Source of the DNA: a virus
Lineage: Duplodnaviria > Heunggongvirae > Uroviricota > Caudoviricetes
Strand: one strand, 5' to 3'
Length of the DNA stretch: 46,078 bases
IMG/VR virus record: IMGVR_UViG_2675903417_000003
A model generated the notes under the pieces. That model made no database searches. It saw only the letters and a list, made by a program, of their open reading frames with translations, and was not told the DNA's origin. The position numbers and the translations under genes are program-made. This document shows positions 42,652-46,078 of this stretch, piece by piece; the stretch's first letter is position 1, and every line of letters starts with the position of its first letter.

Positions 42652-43226
42652 TGGCATTCAGAATGAGTGAACAACCACGGACCATAAAAATTTATAATCT
42701 GCTGGCCGGAACTAATGAATTTATTGGTGAAGGTGATGCATATATTCCGCCTCATACAGGTCTGCCAGCAAACAGTACCGATATTGCACCGCCAGATATT
42801 CCGGCTGGCTTCGTGGCTGTTTTCAACAGTGATGAGTCATCGTGGCATCTCGTTGAAGATCATCGGGGTAAAACGGTTTATGACGTGGCTTCCGGCGACG
42901 CGTTATTTATTTCTGAACTCGGTCCGTTACCGGAAAATGTTACCTGGTTATCGCCGGAAGGGGAGTTTCAGAAGTGGAACGGCACAGCCTGGGTGAAGGA
43001 TACGGAAGCAGAAAAACTGTTCCGGATCCGGGAGGCGGAAGAAACAAAAAACAACCTGATGCAGGTAGCCAGTGAGCATATTGCGCCGCTTCAGGATGCT
43101 GCAGATCTGGAAATTGCAACGGAGGAAGAAATCTCGTTGCTGGAAGCATGGAAAAAGTATCGGGTATTGCTGAACCGTGTTGATACGTCAACTGCACAGG
43201 ATATTGAATGGCCAGCACTGCCGTAG
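42651..43226 (+). CDS. tfa: Tail fiber assembly protein Tfa
   Basis: 191 aa [48 protein letters not shown]... Confidence 0.9.
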
Positions 43227-43324
43227 GGTAAAACATATAAATTCTATAATTAGATGTATCTTTCCATTTACGGCAAGGAAGGGGGGCTTGGAAGACGTAA
43301 AGCATCTCACACCGAGATTATTTT

Positions 43325-43915
43325 TTATATGTCAGGTGTCTGAAGTTTTGCTTTGGCTCTTAAAATGGTTTGCCGCGAGGTTTTGAATTCCCGGGCAATG
43401 GCACTTATACTTACACCTGACTTAATTCGTTCGAATACCACCTGTTTCTGTTCTTCATTTAACACAGGTGGTCGACCAAAACGTTTCCCTGCGCCGCGGG
43501 CTCTTACTATCCCGGAATGAGTGCGTTCAAGTAAAAGGTCTCGTTCAAATTCAGCGACTGCTGAAATTACGTGCATCATCATTTTTCCTGTTGGACTGGT
43601 CAGGTCAATGCCCCCCAATGCTAAGCAATGCACTCTGATACCTGTTTCGGTCAGTTGTTCCACTGTTTTCCTGATATCCATTGCATTACAACCAAGGCGA
43701 TCCAGTTTTGTCACAATCAATTGATCACCACATTTCAGGCGAGCAAGCAACCGGTTAAAACCAGGACGCTCACTGGTTGCTGCTGAGCCGCTAATGTGTT
43801 CTTCGATTATTTGCTGAGGTTTGATTTTAAAACCTGCACTTTCGATTTCCCGGCGTTGATTTTCGGTGGTCTGATCCAGCGTTGATATCCGACAGTAAGC
43901 AAAAATTCGAGACAT
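43325..43915 (-). CDS. pin: Serine DNA invertase (Pin/Gin/Hin family)
   Basis: 196 aa [29 protein letters not shown]... with catalytic Ser near the N-terminus and a C-terminal HTH. Confidence 0.9.
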   Translation of the reverse strand: MSRIFAYCRISTLDQTTENQRREIESAGFKIKPQQIIEEHISGSAATSERPGFNRLLARLKCGDQLIVTKLDRLGCNAMDIRKTVEQLTETGIRVHCLALGGIDLTSPTGKMMMHVISAVAEFERDLLLERTHSGIVRARGAGKRFGRPPVLNEEQKQVVFERIKSGVSISAIAREFKTSRQTILRAKAKLQTPDI

Positions 43916-44231
43916 AGTGAGACTCTATACGAAATTGGTGTTCATATCATAATGCATCTCAGAAAATAATTTTGATTATTTTTGTGCATATTTGTATGTA
44001 CACGTTCGAAAATAAACGAATGCGTATGCAACCCCGTAACTTTGGTGAGACCCAAAATCGATTTTGTGAAAAATGGCTTTAACTCGGTTTGTTTTTCGAG
44101 TTCCGGGCGGACTCAAGGAAGAAGAATAGTGTTGCGTGTTATTTTAACCAAATTTCAAGTTGTTTGGTCGTGGAAAAGTGGAGCAAAATGTTGTTAAAGT
44201 GGAAAAATGATAAAAAAGTAAGTTTATTATA

Positions 44232-44465
44232 TTACATTTTACCATTTAAATTTTGGTTGTCTTTAAGAACTGATATCGCTGTTTGTAATAATTCTTTGTT
44301 ATCCAGCCATGATTTTTTCTTTATGTTTCCTTCAATGTAATCAAGCAATGTTCTGGTATTGATAGGTCTTCCCTGTTTTGCTACTTCCACTACAGCATCC
44401 CCTAGGATAATTCTTACTTCAGGAAGCTGCGCAGGGAACCACTTTAGGGTGTCTTTTGATTTCAT
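44232..44465 (-). CDS. ydfK: YdfK-like protein
   Basis: 77 aa MKSKDTLKWFPAQLPEVRIILGDAVVEVAKQGRPINTRTLLDYIEGNIKKKSWLDNKELLQTAISVLKDNQNLNGKM; AAGGAA Shine-Dalgarno. Confidence 0.8.
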   Translation of the reverse strand: MKSKDTLKWFPAQLPEVRIILGDAVVEVAKQGRPINTRTLLDYIEGNIKKKSWLDNKELLQTAISVLKDNQNLNGKM

Positions 44466-44533
44466 GAAGATATTCCTTAAAATATTATTGATTTTCATTG
44501 CGATATTGTATGTCTGATTCAGGATATGTTGAC

Positions 44534-44647
44534 TTATACATCGGTTTTGTCTGGGTTATTGGATATGCCAATCCCTAATTTTATTAGGGCATGACTAAAA
44601 ATGCTGAATATGATAAGGAGAGAAGTGATTATCAGTATGCTGTTCAT
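44534..44647 (-). CDS. Candidate small hydrophobic protein (37 aa)
   Basis: [37 protein letters not shown] with GAGG 4 nt upstream; a perfect palindrome CCCTAAT-TTT-ATTAGGG lies at 44573-44589 inside it. Confidence 0.3.
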
Positions 44648-45225
44648 ATAGCCTCGAATTAGTAATGTGTTATATATGATATAGTTGACAATTTTATCTT
44701 GGGTGTTCTTAAAGTTCGTAGATAAACATTGTCGTTTCAGGTATACAGGAATGCTAACAGGTGGCGGCAAAAATCAGGCGGTTTATGGCGCAATCTGAAG
44801 TGGCAACTGCAAACTATCTTATGCAGAGACTCTACACGGATTGGGTTTAAAAGTATACATAGATAACAGTTTTTATCTGAAGAAGAAAAATATCAAGGTG
44901 ATATAGCCTATATGCCTTTGATGTGGAGGAATGAATGTGATGGGAGTGATGTATCTGAATAGTTGAAAAACCGCAGACACACCTTATGCAAGAACGTGCT
45001 GCGGTTGGCTGGTAAATTTTTCGATAGTGCGAGTATTGAATGATTTCCAGCCGTTATTGATTTTACGCGTAAATCCATGAAAAAACTACTTATCTGTTGG
45101 GGAGTTTTTTGGGGCATATATGGGACAGAAATAGGCCCCAGATAGACACTGAGATCGAACTTAGGATGCTTTTAAAAAAATGCAACTATCTGAAAAAACC
45201 TAGAAAACGCCAAGGAAACCACAGG

Positions 45226-45911
45226 ATGGGAAAAAACACCTGTGAATTATGGATTTCCAGTTATATTCGCTCGGCGCAGCGTTAGTGTTTCATGAAATAT
45301 TTTTTCCTGAATCATCAACGGCAATGGCGTTAATTCTGGCAATGGGAACCTACGGTGCAGGTTATGTGGCGCGTATTGTCGGAGCATTTATTTTCGGCAA
45401 AATGGGCGACAGAATAGGGCGTAAAAAAGTGCTCTTTATTACCATCACCATGATGGGGATCTGTACCACCTTAATTGGTGTGTTACCGACCTATGCACAG
45501 ATTGGTGTTTTTGCCCCCATCTTGCTGGTGACGCTGCGTATTATTCAGGGATTGGGTGCAGGTGCGGAAATTTCCGGTGCCGGTACGATGCTGGCGGAAT
45601 ATGCGCCAAAAGGTAAGCGCGGAATTATCTCCTCATTTGTGGCTATGGGAACTAACTGCGGAACCTTAAGCGCAACGGCAATCTGGGCCTTTATGTTCTT
45701 CATTCTCAGTAAAGAGGAACTGCTGGCGTGGGGATGGCGTATACCGTTCCTGGCGAGCGTTGTCGTGATGGTCTTTGCTATCTGGTTACGTATGAATCTG
45801 AAAGAAAGCCCGGTCTTTGAGAAGGTTAATGACAGCAACCAACCGACAGCAAAACCTGCACCTGCTGGTAGCATGTTCCAGAGCAAATCCTTCTGGCTGG
45901 GGCTTTGTTGA
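45226..45911 (+). pseudogene. ydfJ: MFS transporter gene (metabolite:H+ symporter type, YdfJ-like), frameshifted near codon 8 and 3'-truncated by an IS
   Basis: MGKNTCE.. in one frame, then DFQLYSLGAALVF...GDRIGRK... from 45249 in another; the reading frame ends a few codons into the IS903-like repeat. Confidence 0.6.
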
Positions 45912-46078
45912 ATAAATCGAACTTTTGCTGAGTTGAAGGATCAGATCACGTATCTTCCCGACAACGCAGACCGTTCCGTGGCAAAGCAAAAGTTCAAAAT
46001 CACCAACTGGCCCACCTACAATAAAGCCCTCATCAACCGTGGCTCCATAACTTTCTGGCTGGATGATGAAGCTATTCA
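45901..46078 (+). mobile_element. IS903-like (IS5-family) element, left end, continues past the window
   Basis: Starts with the terminal repeat GGCTTTGTTGAATAAATCGAACTTTTGCTGAGTTGAAGGATCAGATCAC... Confidence 0.8.
45978..46078 (+). CDS. IS903-like transposase, N-terminal fragment (partial at window end)
   Basis: Frame VAKQKFKITNWPTYNKALINRGSITFWLDDEAI from a GTG start. Confidence 0.7.
   Translation, partial: MAKQKFKITNWPTYNKALINRGSITFWLDDEAI

Noticed and set aside
43235-43300. Imperfect inverted repeat TTTACGGCAAGG...CTTGGAAGACGTAAA between tfa and pin, considered as an invertase crossover site
   Set aside because: It does not match the AAAACC/GGTTTT half-site pattern of Gin/Hin/Pin crossover sites and has no partner site; more likely a weak bidirectional terminator-like hairpin.
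45097-45285. 62-aa ORF upstream of the transporter gene
   Set aside because: Its last codons are the transporter N-terminus in the pre-frameshift frame (MGKNTCE..); the upstream part has no ribosome-binding site and is better treated as 5' leader.

Overview
This window is almost entirely a cryptic lambdoid prophage of the Escherichia coli Qin type, bracketed and interrupted by insertion sequences. The gene names below come from recalled similarity to E. coli K-12 Qin and to phage lambda, with no database search run. Left to right: (1) a partial IS3-family transposase (1-~640) that truncates a ydfE-like gene; (2) the minus-strand ydfD-dicB-DicF-ydfC/B/A cell-division-inhibition operon; (3) the dicA/dicC immunity switch with two perfect 18-bp operator palindromes; (4) a CII-like gene, a replication initiator with internal iterons, a 140-aa ORF coupled to a short methyltransferase, a stretch of small ORFs with in-frame stops, and a DDE transposase insertion; (5) flxA with a sigma-28 promoter, relB-relE-hokD toxin-antitoxin genes, rem, a ydfU-like HNH protein and antiterminator Q; (6) a lysis cassette (pinholin, ydfR-like, SAR endolysin, Rz/Rz1) flanked by three cold-shock protein paralogs; (7) a lambda-type cos site followed by a complete lambda-like head and tail gene set from Nu1 to tfa; (8) an orphan Pin invertase, ydfK, an MFS transporter gene that is frameshifted and then cut by an IS903-like element at the window end. 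Several genes look inactivated (tape-measure H, gnsB, the transporter, probably the methyltransferase), so the prophage is likely defective. The least-explained part, and the best candidate for something undescribed, is 5.5-8.0 kb. No CRISPR array, tRNA or rRNA was recognised.
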